Shown here piece after piece: positions 1 through 7,720 of a stretch of DNA of 24,000 bases. The notes under the pieces were generated by a model, which had not been told where the DNA came from, made no database searches, and saw nothing but the letters and a program-made list of their open reading frames with translations. The DNA is from Streptococcus phage Javan565, in the sequence record MK448806.1, one strand, 5' to 3'. Position 1 is the stretch's first letter. Each line of letters begins with the position of its first letter. A program made the translations under genes and the position numbers.

Positions 1-188
1 CGCCCGAGCAGGTAGTCAGTAGATACACCAAAGAAGTCCGCAATTTCTGCAATCCTTTCAGCATTCGGCTTTTGTGTTTTCAACTTATAAAGTGTATTCC
101 GGCTGTAACCAAGCCTTTCTTCCAATTGAATAAGAGTAATCCCTCGTTTTTTGGCAAGTTCTTTTATCCTTTCAAATGTTGGAAACAT
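1..188 (-). CDS. CI-like repressor, N-terminal HTH_3/XRE domain (truncated by window edge)
   Basis: Minus-strand translation MFPTFERIKELAKKRGITLIQLEERLGYSRNTLYKLKTQKPNAERIAEIADFFGVSTDYLLG is a typical HTH cI domain; AGAAAGG upstream of ATG at 188. Confidence 0.88.
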   Translation of the reverse strand, partial: MFPTFERIKELAKKRGITLIQLEERLGYSRNTLYKLKTQKPNAERIAEIADFFGVSTDYLLG

Positions 189-227
189 TGTTTTATCAAC
201 CTTTCTAAGGCATGACAAAAAATAATT

Positions 228-277
228 CAACTTTTTGGGAGAAAGTTGTTGACTTTTCAACCAATAAGGTGTATTAT
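228..277 (+). promoter_or_regulatory. Lysogeny-region early promoter plus candidate repressor operator
   Basis: TTGACT (249-254), 17-nt spacer, TATTAT (272-277); inverted repeat CAACTTT (228-234)/AAAGTTG (242-248) just upstream. Confidence 0.55.
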
Positions 278-477
278 TGTTTTGTAAGCTAAAGAGTTAG
301 CGAATCAGACAACTAAAAAATAAAGCCTAACAAAAACTGATTGGCGTCTGTATTTTCTAGGTACACCTTACTTTTTAGTAAGTCTTTTCTCTATGCCTTG
401 ATTGTAACCTATTGGGTGATAAAAGTCAAGAAATTCGCTAACTTTTTAGTTAAAAATAATAAAAAGGAGGAAACGCC

Positions 478-642
478 ATGGGATTCGGGTCAATGACTGT
501 AACCGTCAAAATTGCAAATATTGATCGTTTTATTGAACTGAGCAATGAGTTTAATAAAAAAGCCCGTGAGCTTGAACAACTGGCTCACGAGCTAAAAACG
601 TTCGACTTTGAAGGCGAAGTTGTATCAACTGATAGCAACTAA
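478..642 (+). CDS. Small early phage protein (54 aa)
   Basis: ATG after AAAAAGGAGGAAACGCC; MGFGSMTVTVKIANIDRFIELSNEFNKKARELEQLAHELKTFDFEGEVVSTDSN. Below the length cutoff of the ORF track. Confidence 0.65.
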   Translation: MGFGSMTVTVKIANIDRFIELSNEFNKKARELEQLAHELKTFDFEGEVVSTDSN

Positions 643-1095
643 TTCAAAGTTGTCATTATCTGAAAAAAGATAGATTGGATAGTTTTCTTTGGTTTCAAAG
701 TTGTAGAAATCGTATCCGAAATTATCTTTTTTCAAGACAGAATACTTGGAAGATAGCACTTCAAGATTGATTTGGGTCAGCAATTTGACGATCTGGATTC
801 TAGCTTGGTCGGCATCAGATATTCTCTGTAAAGCCCGTAAATGCTCTTCGCTAGGGAAGATGTCAACCAATTCCTGCCTATCGTTAATATAGCTGTTTTC
901 GCCATGTAAGCGACCGTACTGCAAAGAGTAATCTGTGAATGTCAGATTGCTATATTCCTGATAGGTCTCAAACGTAATTCGTTGACCTCGGTACAGATAG
1001 ACAAGAGTATCATCTTGAAGTGTGTCTTCACAAGAAGTAATGCCAATCAAAAATTTATGGCACGCTTCCAATATGCGAACTTGATTTATATCCAT
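625..1095 (-). CDS. Unknown 156-aa protein in lysogeny region
   Basis: Long minus ORF, AGAAAGGAGGTCAAGTC upstream of ATG, extended -10 (TGGTATAAT) further upstream. Confidence 0.8.
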   Translation of the reverse strand: MDINQVRILEACHKFLIGITSCEDTLQDDTLVYLYRGQRITFETYQEYSNLTFTDYSLQYGRLHGENSYINDRQELVDIFPSEEHLRALQRISDADQARIQIVKLLTQINLEVLSSKYSVLKKDNFGYDFYNFETKENYPIYLFSDNDNFELVAIS

Positions 1096-1129
1096 GACTT
1101 GACCTCCTTTCTATAAAGATTTCAAGTCT

Positions 1130-1138
1130 ATTATACCA
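1130..1138 (-). promoter_or_regulatory. Extended -10 promoter for the 625-1095 gene
   Basis: Minus-strand TGGTATAAT upstream of the SD and ATG at 1095. Confidence 0.45.
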
Positions 1139-1157
1139 AATTTAAGAAAGGAAAAAT

Positions 1158-1361
1158 ATGAGCAAAGAGTTAAAAGAAATCAAAGCTCTGATTAAAACTC
1201 GCTTGATTGAGCTAGATATGAAACAGTCAGAACTGGCTGAAAGTGTTAACGTGTCTAGTTCGGTCATTTCTGAGTTGTTACGCTACGGAAAAGGTAGTGA
1301 TAATGTAAAGCAAAATGTTGCTACTGTCTTGGGAATTGAAAATCCTTGGGAGAAGTTTTGA
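1158..1361 (+). CDS. Cro/XRE-family HTH regulator
   Basis: MSKELKEIKALIKTRLIELDMKQSELAESVNVSSSVISELLRYGKGSDNVKQNVATVLGIENPWEKF; HTH pattern; GAAAGGAAAAAT upstream. Confidence 0.8.
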   Translation: MSKELKEIKALIKTRLIELDMKQSELAESVNVSSSVISELLRYGKGSDNVKQNVATVLGIENPWEKF

Positions 1362-1371
1362 GGAGGAACAA

Positions 1372-1566
1372 ATGAAAATAGCTGAAAAAGTGGTCCGTAT
1401 CGAATCGGACGCGTATGAGTATGTTGTAGATTTTGCTAATGAGCATGATTTGAAAATTGGCGAGGCAGTGAGCATCTTAATTCGCTACTGTGCTTCTAAA
1501 GATTTGATAGTCAAGCAGGCTCATGTAGAGGTTGTGGAAGTTCAGAATGTGGTGGAAGAAGATTAG
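1372..1566 (+). CDS. Small early phage protein (64 aa)
   Basis: ATG preceded by GAGGAGGAACAA; MKIAEKVVRIESDAYEYVVDFANEHDLKIGEAVSILIRYC...; the track start at 1315 overlaps the upstream gene. Confidence 0.7.
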   Translation: MKIAEKVVRIESDAYEYVVDFANEHDLKIGEAVSILIRYCASKDLIVKQAHVEVVEVQNVVEED

Positions 1567-1580
1567 GAGGAGGTGAGGGG

Positions 1581-1754
1581 ATGAGACCAAAACGGTATCC
1601 ATATAGCGGAAAATTAAAAGCCTCAACTATGGATATAGTCAAGGCTTGGGAAAAAGCTTATTCAGCATATCGTGTCAAAGGTCAAAAAAGGCAAGAAAAG
1701 GCTGAACAAGAATTAGAAAAAGCTACTCAGAGGCTTTATCAGCTATATCATTAA
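1581..1754 (+). CDS. Small early phage protein with MRPKRYPY N-terminus (57 aa)
   Basis: GGAGGAGGTGAGGGG then ATG; MRPKRYPYSGKLKASTMDIVKAWEKAYSAYRVKGQKRQEKAEQELEKATQRLYQLYH. Confidence 0.7.
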   Translation: MRPKRYPYSGKLKASTMDIVKAWEKAYSAYRVKGQKRQEKAEQELEKATQRLYQLYH

Positions 1755-1926
1755 GTGTCTTTACTGCTTTTTCAGTTGCAAGTTGATCAACTTGCATATC
1801 TTTAGCAGCTAACAACTTTTCAATGACATCAATGACTGTGGCAGTTGCTACATCAGCCGAATTTTTCTCGATTAGTTCGGCAATTAGTGTATAACTGGCC
1901 TGCTTTAGACTGTCAAAATCATTCAT
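1723..1926 (-). CDS. Unknown small protein (67 aa), counter-oriented in early operon
   Basis: ORF with GGAAAGGAGATAACA SD upstream of ATG and minus-strand TGCTATAAT extended -10 (TATAAT at 1958-1963). Confidence 0.65.
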   Translation of the reverse strand: MNDFDSLKQASYTLIAELIEKNSADVATATVIDVIEKLLAAKDMQVDQLATEKAVKTLNDIADKASE

Positions 1927-2007
1927 ATTGTTATCTCCTTTCCTTGTTGATAGCTAAATTATAGCATGGATAGGGGAGGGGAACAAGATTGGAAAGGAAG
2001 AGAGAAC

Positions 2008-2142
2008 ATGGAAAGTAAATTGATTGCCAACTGGCAAAAGAAAAACTACCAGCTCAGTCAACTGATAGTTGATAGCCTCGAGGGGCTAGATGTGTGGGAG
2101 ACTGTGTTGGCACTGGGAAAAATCAGAAAGGAAATGGCATGA
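2008..2142 (+). CDS. Small early phage protein (44 aa)
   Basis: GGAAAGGAAGAGAGAAC ATG; MESKLIANWQKKNYQLSQLIVDSLEGLDVWETVLALGKIRKEMA; ATGA overlap with next gene. Confidence 0.6.
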   Translation: MESKLIANWQKKNYQLSQLIVDSLEGLDVWETVLALGKIRKEMA

Positions 2143-2483
2143 CAGTATCTAGGGAAATGAATGACTTGGAAATCAAAGTTCTCAATGCTATCAAAAATAA
2201 TGCTAGTTACGACTTGCCAATCCAAGCGAGTGAACTACGGCTAATATTCAGTATTTCAAAGCGTAGCTTGGAAGAAGTGATTGAAAGCTTGCGGGTTAAT
2301 TTTAATCATCCGATAGTAGCAAAGAAGACTAAGCCAAATGGATATTACTTGCCTAAGTCAGAGCAGGAGAGATTGGATGGGTTGGTACCATACAGGCGAC
2401 AGATTGAAACAGAGAAGAAAAACCTAGCAGCAATCTTGTCGGTTAACTTGGAAACCTACTGGAATACAACACAAAAAGCCTGA
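2139..2483 (+). CDS. Small early phage protein, winged-helix-like (114 aa)
   Basis: ATGA start/stop coupling; MTVSREMNDLEIKVLNAIKNNASYDLPIQASELRLIFSISKRSLEEVIESLRV...; track start 2094 is upstream of the likely start. Confidence 0.7.
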   Translation: MTVSREMNDLEIKVLNAIKNNASYDLPIQASELRLIFSISKRSLEEVIESLRVNFNHPIVAKKTKPNGYYLPKSEQERLDGLVPYRRQIETEKKNLAAILSVNLETYWNTTQKA

Positions 2484-2525
2484 CGGCAATCAGGCTCTTC
2501 AATAAACATACAAGAGGATTATACC

Positions 2526-2810
2526 ATGAATGATCTAATGATTCAAATGTTGGACCAGTTTGAAGCTGGGCTAATGGATAGAGCGTTAAAGGTCATGCAC
2601 GTTGTCATGGACGAAAAACGACGGTTTCCAATGGAACTCAATAAGTCACAATGTGCTGAAATGCTCTTAGGAACAAAGGATACAGGGAGTTTTGATGCAC
2701 GATTTAATTGCCACAAAGATTTCCCACGTATTCCGAACGCTCGCGAGAAGTACCCTCGTGATGCAGTGATTGAATGGTATCACAATAATTGGCAGAGGAC
2801 AGCAATATGA
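2526..2810 (+). CDS. Early phage protein of unknown function (94 aa)
   Basis: Complete ORF, translationally coupled to next gene. Confidence 0.72.
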   Translation: MNDLMIQMLDQFEAGLMDRALKVMHVVMDEKRRFPMELNKSQCAEMLLGTKDTGSFDARFNCHKDFPRIPNAREKYPRDAVIEWYHNNWQRTAI

Positions 2811-2995
2811 CAGAAGAATTGATGTTGACAGCAGAACAAGGTTTGGCATTTATTGCTATTTTGACCCCAATCTTAATCTGGCTGATCCGTAAGCCTGTTG
2901 AGATTGAGATTGAAGTCAAAGAGCCTATTGTGGAAGTAAAGCAACCAGAGCGGAATTTGAGATACTTGCAAATTCGGACTTACTACGGAGGATAG
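2807..2995 (+). CDS. Small single-TM protein (62 aa)
   Basis: MTEELMLTAEQGLAFIAILTPILIWLIRKP...; hydrophobic segment; ATGA overlap. Confidence 0.65.
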   Translation: MTEELMLTAEQGLAFIAILTPILIWLIRKPVEIEIEVKEPIVEVKQPERNLRYLQIRTYYGG

Positions 2996-2996
2996 A

Positions 2997-3251
2997 ATGA
3001 AATTTTGGGACATGATGAAAAGGTTTTTGAGTGTTGAGGAAGATGACTACATTCCTAAAAGCCAACATGAGTTGGAACGTGAGCTTGCTACTGCACGGCA
3101 TACTGCCAAGGAATACAAGAAACTGGCTTTGCTGAAAAATCAGGAATGTGTCGGGCAGGCTAGGCTGATTGATGAGCTACGCAGACGGATTGACTTTTTG
3201 GAGAATGTCAACAAGTGCCAGGCTGAGCTATTGGCAGAACGTGAGGTTTAG
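2997..3251 (+). CDS. Coiled-coil small phage protein (84 aa)
   Basis: Complete ORF, GGAGGATAGA upstream. Confidence 0.7.
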   Translation: MKFWDMMKRFLSVEEDDYIPKSQHELERELATARHTAKEYKKLALLKNQECVGQARLIDELRRRIDFLENVNKCQAELLAEREV

Positions 3252-3253
3252 CT

Positions 3254-3430
3254 ATGGTCTGGATTGTTGCAAAGAAAACCAAGACTAAGCGTGGTTATAG
3301 ATTTTACCAAAAACGGTCGTTTGATACTTGGCAGAAGGCTAGAATTTATCAGCAGGACTTGTTTAATAAAGGTGTAAATGCTGAGATGTGGGAGGAGAAT
3401 GGAGGTATAGAGATTGGCAAATGCAAATAA
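3254..3430 (+). CDS. Small basic protein (58 aa)
   Basis: ATG close behind preceding stop; MVWIVAKKTKTKRGYRFYQKRSFDTWQKARIYQQDLFNKGVNAEMWEENGGIEIGKCK. Confidence 0.55.
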   Translation: MVWIVAKKTKTKRGYRFYQKRSFDTWQKARIYQQDLFNKGVNAEMWEENGGIEIGKCK

Positions 3431-4214
3431 GCGGTACTATTGGATTCAACTCGCACAGGATTTCTTCAAATCCAAGGAAATGAAGTTGCTTCGAAAAATA
3501 GCAGGAGGGGACACTCACACGATTATCTATCTTAAGATGATGCTGTTGAGCCTGGAAGACAACGGGATTCTATTTTTTGACGGGGTCGCCGATAACTTGG
3601 CTGAAGAAATTGCGCTGGTAATTGACGAAGATGTGGAAAATGTAAAAATTACCCTTGTTTTTTTACAGTCCAAAAAACTGTTATCAAAAATATCGGATAG
3701 GGAGTATTTTTTGGAGCAAGTCCCAGAGATGGTAGGTAGCGAAACCGCAAGTGCCCGTAGGGTTCGCAAGCATCGTGAGAACCAAAGGGTGTTACAAAGT
3801 AACAGCGATGAAACAAACGGTAACGGAGAGAAAGAGAAAGAACAAGAGAAAGATATAGATATAAACTTATCTAGTAGTAGTTGTATAAATAATAGCGATT
3901 ATTCAATCAAGCAATTATTCAAAGATTTCGAAGCTGGCTTTGGAAGATTATTAAGTCCATTTGAAATTGAGGACATCCAGAAATTTGCTACTGAAGAAGG
4001 GCTTCCACCTGAGTTAATAAGGGAAGCTCTTAAAGAAGGGGTATTTCGCAATAAACCTGTATGGAATTATATCAAAGCGATTTTACGAAATTGGAAGAAT
4101 GATAAGTTACTGACAGTAGAACTCGTTCGAGCTAGGCAACAAGAACAGGAACTGCCTAAGAATGTTGATGTTTCGCCTGAATTTTTGGAGGCTATGAACT
4201 TATGGAAGGATTAG
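3414..4214 (+). CDS. Phage replisome organizer / DnaD-domain replication protein
   Basis: N-term KRYYWIQLAQDFFKSKEMKLLRKIAGGDTHTIIYLKMMLLSLEDNGILFFDG (replisome organizer N-term); C-term DnaD-like FEAGFGRLLSPFEIEDIQKF...VWNYIKAILRNW. TTG start after GGAGG. Confidence 0.9.
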   Translation: MANANKRYYWIQLAQDFFKSKEMKLLRKIAGGDTHTIIYLKMMLLSLEDNGILFFDGVADNLAEEIALVIDEDVENVKITLVFLQSKKLLSKISDREYFLEQVPEMVGSETASARRVRKHRENQRVLQSNSDETNGNGEKEKEQEKDIDINLSSSSCINNSDYSIKQLFKDFEAGFGRLLSPFEIEDIQKFATEEGLPPELIREALKEGVFRNKPVWNYIKAILRNWKNDKLLTVELVRARQQEQELPKNVDVSPEFLEAMNLWKD

Positions 4215-4420
4215 ACAAGGTAAAACGGGTCATTCTGAAACACGGTCTTAAGCAAGACAGCCCTTTTGTCCGTGATGTGAGGCATTCGACAACTGGTTTG
4301 GAAATTTTCTACGGCAATGAGCGTCAGGCCTTTCGGTATGCAAATTGGCAGGTTGGTGTCGTAATGACAAAGCAGTTGTATCTGCATGGGAATTTTAAAA
4401 TTATAGAGGTGGAGGACTAA
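4202..4420 (+). CDS. Small phage protein (72 aa)
   Basis: Complete ORF overlapping the DnaD-like gene end. Confidence 0.65.
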   Translation: MEGLDKVKRVILKHGLKQDSPFVRDVRHSTTGLEIFYGNERQAFRYANWQVGVVMTKQLYLHGNFKIIEVED

Positions 4421-4587
4421 TGGACGGTTATTTGAAGTTAGACAAGATGATGGATTGGCAGGTAGCGAATTATCCGCTACGTATGTCTGAAAAGGCTCGC
4501 TTGATGGCTTTGCCTGGTGATGATTTTGTAGCCGAGCTGGATCGTATGGCAGAGGAGTATCATCGGACGAGGTATGGGGGTAGTTGA
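4420..4587 (+). CDS. Small phage protein (55 aa)
   Basis: GGTGGAGGACTA ATG; MDGYLKLDKMMDWQVANYPLRMSEKARLMALPGDDFVAELDRMAEEYHRTRYGGS. Confidence 0.62.
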   Translation: MDGYLKLDKMMDWQVANYPLRMSEKARLMALPGDDFVAELDRMAEEYHRTRYGGS

Positions 4588-4766
4588 TGGTAGTGACAGA
4601 AAAAGAGTACGCTCTCTACAAAGGCGATAAGCTACTAGCAATCGGCACAGCAAAAGAATTAGCTGAACAATTCGGTGTGAAGGTGTCGACGATACACTTT
4701 TACAAGTCGCCAGCATATATCAAGAGAACGAGCGATGCGAGGGGGAGGAGATTAGTTGAAATTTGA
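4587..4766 (+). CDS. Small HTH-like phage protein (59 aa)
   Basis: MVVTEKEYALYKGDKLLAIGTAKELAEQFGVKVSTIHFYKSPAYIKRTSDARGRRLVEI. Confidence 0.65.
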   Translation: MVVTEKEYALYKGDKLLAIGTAKELAEQFGVKVSTIHFYKSPAYIKRTSDARGRRLVEI

Positions 4767-5505
4767 ACTTTTTAATGACCATTTTGAAAACGCGAAGCGG
4801 TATAACATTCCTAGGGCTCAATTGATTATTGCAGATATTCCGTACAATCTCGGCAATAATGCTTATGCCAGTGACCCACGATGGTATAAGGACGGCGATA
4901 ATGCCAATGGGGAAAGTAAGTTGGCAGGAAAGTCATTCTTTGATACGGATAATGATTTTAAGATTAATAATTTCTTTGATTTTTGCAGTCGGTTGTTGAA
5001 GAAGGAACCTAAAGAAAAGGGTAAGGCGCCAGCAATGATTGTATTCCATGCCTGGCAACAGCGAGATATGGTTATCGAGTGTGGCAAGAAGCATGGCTTT
5101 AACAATGCCTATCCGCTATATTTTACCAAGAAATCTAGCCCGCAAGTCTTGAAAGCGAACATGAAGATTGTGGGTGCAGTGGAAGAGGCTACGGTATTGT
5201 ATCGTGATAAGCTACCGAAATTTAACAACAACGGTGCTATGATACTTAATCATGCGCCGTGGGAGAAGGATAGCTCATATCCAGTTATCCACCCAACGCA
5301 GAAGCCGATTCCTGTGCTGAAACGTTTGATTGAAATCTTTACGGATGAGGGCGATGTTGTCATTGACCCCGTAGCAGGTAGTGGAAGCACACTTCGGGCA
5401 GCAATCGAGATGAATCGGTCAGCCTATGGTTTTGAAATCAAGAAGGATTTTTACAAAAAGGCAAAAGAGCAGATGTTGTCTAGCTACCAGCCCAGTTTAT
5501 TTTGA
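4756..5505 (+). CDS. DNA N6-adenine/N4 methyltransferase, orphan phage MTase
   Basis: DIPY catalytic motif (IIADIPYNLGNN), DPVAGSGST SAM motif, HPTQKP motif; TTG start after GGGGGAGGAG. Confidence 0.92.
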   Translation: MKFELFNDHFENAKRYNIPRAQLIIADIPYNLGNNAYASDPRWYKDGDNANGESKLAGKSFFDTDNDFKINNFFDFCSRLLKKEPKEKGKAPAMIVFHAWQQRDMVIECGKKHGFNNAYPLYFTKKSSPQVLKANMKIVGAVEEATVLYRDKLPKFNNNGAMILNHAPWEKDSSYPVIHPTQKPIPVLKRLIEIFTDEGDVVIDPVAGSGSTLRAAIEMNRSAYGFEIKKDFYKKAKEQMLSSYQPSLF

Positions 5506-5518
5506 GAGGGTGGAGCAG

Positions 5519-5557
5519 ATGACGATATATGATTTTTGGGAGGAAACAGATGAATAA
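5519..5557 (+). other. 12-codon mini-ORF (MTIYDFWEETDE) overlapping the next start
   Basis: GAGAGGGTGGAGCAG ATG; stop overlaps the ATG at 5550. Confidence 0.3.
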
Positions 5558-5849
5558 ACAAGAAGTAATTGAAAAATACAGAGCTGGGTTTGTCGTACAC
5601 AGCGATAAGCACCGTATTTGCGACGAAGAGTGGATTTTGGATAAGGATAACACTACAGAATCTGATCTGAGATTTCTGGGCTATGATGCGAATCTTTATC
5701 CGTTCCCCGAATGGACAAAATTTAACCCTGAAAAAGACTTCGAAGTTAACCGAGTCCGAATTGCTAAGAGGGTCACAGCTGATTTTAAAGGAAAGGTGTA
5801 TTTGGATAGTGTTTGTATTAGTGATATTGAGTTGGAGGAAACATCTTGA
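5550..5849 (+). CDS. Unknown phage protein (99 aa)
   Basis: TGGGAGGAAACAG ATG; MNKQEVIEKYRAGFVVHSDKHRICDEEWILDKDN... Confidence 0.7.
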   Translation: MNKQEVIEKYRAGFVVHSDKHRICDEEWILDKDNTTESDLRFLGYDANLYPFPEWTKFNPEKDFEVNRVRIAKRVTADFKGKVYLDSVCISDIELEETS

Positions 5850-6553
5850 AATTCCTAGACCTATTTGCTGGCATTGGCGGTTTCCGTCTTGGTATGGAAC
5901 GTGCTGGTCACGAATGTGTCGGTTTTTGCGAGATAGACCAGTTTGCTAGAAAAAGCTACAAAGCAATACACAATACGAAAGGAGAGTTTGAATTTCATGA
6001 CATTAAAAGAGTCACAGATGAGTCTGTTCGAGGAATCGGACGTGTGGATGTTATCTGTGGAGGATTTCCGTGCCAGGCTTTCAGCATTGCTGGAAAGCGA
6101 GCAGGATTTGAAGATACTAGAGGGACTTTGTTCTTTGAGATTGCTAGGTTCGCATCTATTCTCAGACCTAAATATCTATTCCTTGAAAACGTCACAGGAC
6201 TCCTCAACCATGACAACGGAAATACATTCGAGACCATCCTCAGAGCGTTGGATGAATTGGGGTATGATGCGGAATGGCAAGTGTTCAACAGCAAGAATTT
6301 TGGCGTCCCCCAGAACAGAGAGCGGGTGTTTATTATCGGACATCTTAGAGGAGCAGGTGGACGAGCGATATTTCCTTTCAGAGGAGATTGCGAGGAAGCT
6401 AGTAACCTACAAGGACAATCAACAAATACCACTACCGCTCAATACGGAGAAGCACAAGGGAGCGGGTCGTATGTTGTTGAAGGTAGGAAGCCGAAAATCA
6501 TTCAGCGAGGACATGGCTACAACCAGGGGGGTGAGCATACTGAGTACGGTTGA
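5846..6553 (+). CDS. C5-cytosine DNA methyltransferase, C-terminally truncated
   Basis: Motif I DLFAGIGGFRLG, motif IV GGFPCQAFS, motif VI ENV, motif VIII QNRERVFIIG; motif IX (RxLTPxExxRLQGF) and motif X (GNSV) absent. Confidence 0.88.
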   Translation: MKFLDLFAGIGGFRLGMERAGHECVGFCEIDQFARKSYKAIHNTKGEFEFHDIKRVTDESVRGIGRVDVICGGFPCQAFSIAGKRAGFEDTRGTLFFEIARFASILRPKYLFLENVTGLLNHDNGNTFETILRALDELGYDAEWQVFNSKNFGVPQNRERVFIIGHLRGAGGRAIFPFRGDCEEASNLQGQSTNTTTAQYGEAQGSGSYVVEGRKPKIIQRGHGYNQGGEHTEYG

Positions 6554-6554
6554 C

Positions 6555-6620
6555 TACACACTTGAAGTCATCGGTAACATCTACGAAAATCCGGAATTGA
6601 TGGAGGGAAATAATGACTAA
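6555..6620 (+). pseudogene. Possible C-terminal remnant of a YopX-like phage protein
   Basis: In the 5943-6620 frame the end reads DYTLEVIGNIYENPELMEGNND, resembling the conserved VIGNIYENPELL tail of YopX-family phage proteins (recalled, not searched). Confidence 0.45.
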
Positions 6621-6825
6621 CGAAAAACTAGGCGTGCTTCTGGTCGATGTGCCAGAACCGAGGTTGTGGGGGCATTCCTTTTTAACGAGAGGAACAGCCC
6701 TATCTTTCAGTTTGGGGCAGGCAGATGATTTTTTGACAGTTGAGCGATACGCCTACAAATGCACCCAAGAAGAAGCGAAAAAATACCCACAATTTCGATG
6801 GGTAGCGTTGGAGGATTTGGGATGA
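6613..6825 (+). CDS. Small phage protein (70 aa)
   Basis: GGAGGGAAATA ATG; complete ORF. Confidence 0.65.
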   Translation: MTNEKLGVLLVDVPEPRLWGHSFLTRGTALSFSLGQADDFLTVERYAYKCTQEEAKKYPQFRWVALEDLG

Positions 6826-7025
6826 CCATTAAAGAACTAATCAAAGAATTGCAGATGTACGACGAGGACAAAGAGGTTGTTTTAACGATAGCCAACGTTT
6901 ATCCAGTTTTGCATGAATTAGTAGATTTGGAAACCGGGTTGGTTCGTCTTTCGTCGGATTGTCAAATTGGCTTTGAGTTTAATCTTTTATCAGACAATCG
7001 TCTGGAAATCGAGGGGGTGTGGTAG
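6822..7025 (+). CDS. Small phage protein (67 aa)
   Basis: ATGA-coupled; MTIKELIKELQMYDEDKEVVLTIANVYPVLHELVDLETG... Confidence 0.7.
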   Translation: MTIKELIKELQMYDEDKEVVLTIANVYPVLHELVDLETGLVRLSSDCQIGFEFNLLSDNRLEIEGVW

Positions 7026-7289
7026 ATGACTACAGCAGATAAAATCAAATACATCCTACAAAAGACAGGATGGACGAGAGACCAATTTGCGACCGAGATG
7101 AGTGTGACGACTCCATCTGTCTACAACTGGTTAGGCGGACGACCACCGCGACAACGCATGTTGGATAAAATAGACGAGCTGTACGAGCAAACTAAAGATA
7201 CAAAATCTAAAGTACTGGCACAACGTGGCAAGATACGTATTTTGTATCCGTATTATAGTCATCAAAGCATGCCGTGGGAGAGGAGATAA
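7026..7289 (+). CDS. Small HTH-domain protein
   Basis: MTTADKIKYILQKTGWTRDQFATEMSVTTPSVYNWLGGRPPRQRMLDKIDELYEQ; HTH pattern. Confidence 0.72.
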   Translation: MTTADKIKYILQKTGWTRDQFATEMSVTTPSVYNWLGGRPPRQRMLDKIDELYEQTKDTKSKVLAQRGKIRILYPYYSHQSMPWERR

Positions 7290-7292
7290 TAG

Positions 7293-7709
7293 ATGATCAA
7301 CAATGTTGTTTTGGTTGGTAGATTGACGAGGGACGTAGAGCTACGTTATACACCGTCTAATCAAGCCGTTGCGACTTTTACTTTGGCGGTTAACCGCAAT
7401 TTTAAAAATCAATCGACAGGTGAGCGGGAAGCTGACTTTATCAATTGCGTATTGTGGCGTCAGCAGGCCGAAAATCTGGCTAATTGGACCAAGAAAGGTC
7501 ACTTGATTGCCATTACAGGTCGGATACAGACTAGAAGCTATGATAACCAGCAAGGGCAACGTGTCTACGTTACTGAGGTAGTTGCGGAGAGTTTTCAGTT
7601 ATTGGAAAAGCGTGATAACACTGCTAATCATACAAGCATCGAAGAGCAGATGCCACCAGGGTTCAGCGGCCAGCCGATGGATATTGATGATGACGGATTG
7701 CCGTTTTAA
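7293..7709 (+). CDS. ssb: Single-stranded DNA-binding protein
   Basis: [39 protein letters not shown]...[59 protein letters not shown]; acidic tip DDDGLPF. Confidence 0.98.
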   Translation: MINNVVLVGRLTRDVELRYTPSNQAVATFTLAVNRNFKNQSTGEREADFINCVLWRQQAENLANWTKKGHLIAITGRIQTRSYDNQQGQRVYVTEVVAESFQLLEKRDNTANHTSIEEQMPPGFSGQPMDIDDDGLPF

Positions 7710-7720
7710 GGAGAGTTTGA

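Noticed and set aside
2667-2919. Minus-strand 60- and 71-aa ORFs
   Set aside because: Complementary to coupled plus-strand genes with good starts; no SD found.
5683-5949. 88-aa plus ORF overlapping the 99-aa gene and the MTase start
   Set aside because: Out of frame with two better-supported genes and without a good SD.
5995-6432. 145-aa minus-strand ORF inside the C5 methyltransferase
   Set aside because: Antisense mirror frame of a conserved coding gene; no SD or domain pattern recognized.
4756-6553. Complete restriction-modification system
   Set aside because: Two methyltransferases but no endonuclease or specificity gene between or beside them; the HNH at 13.9 kb is packaging-associated.
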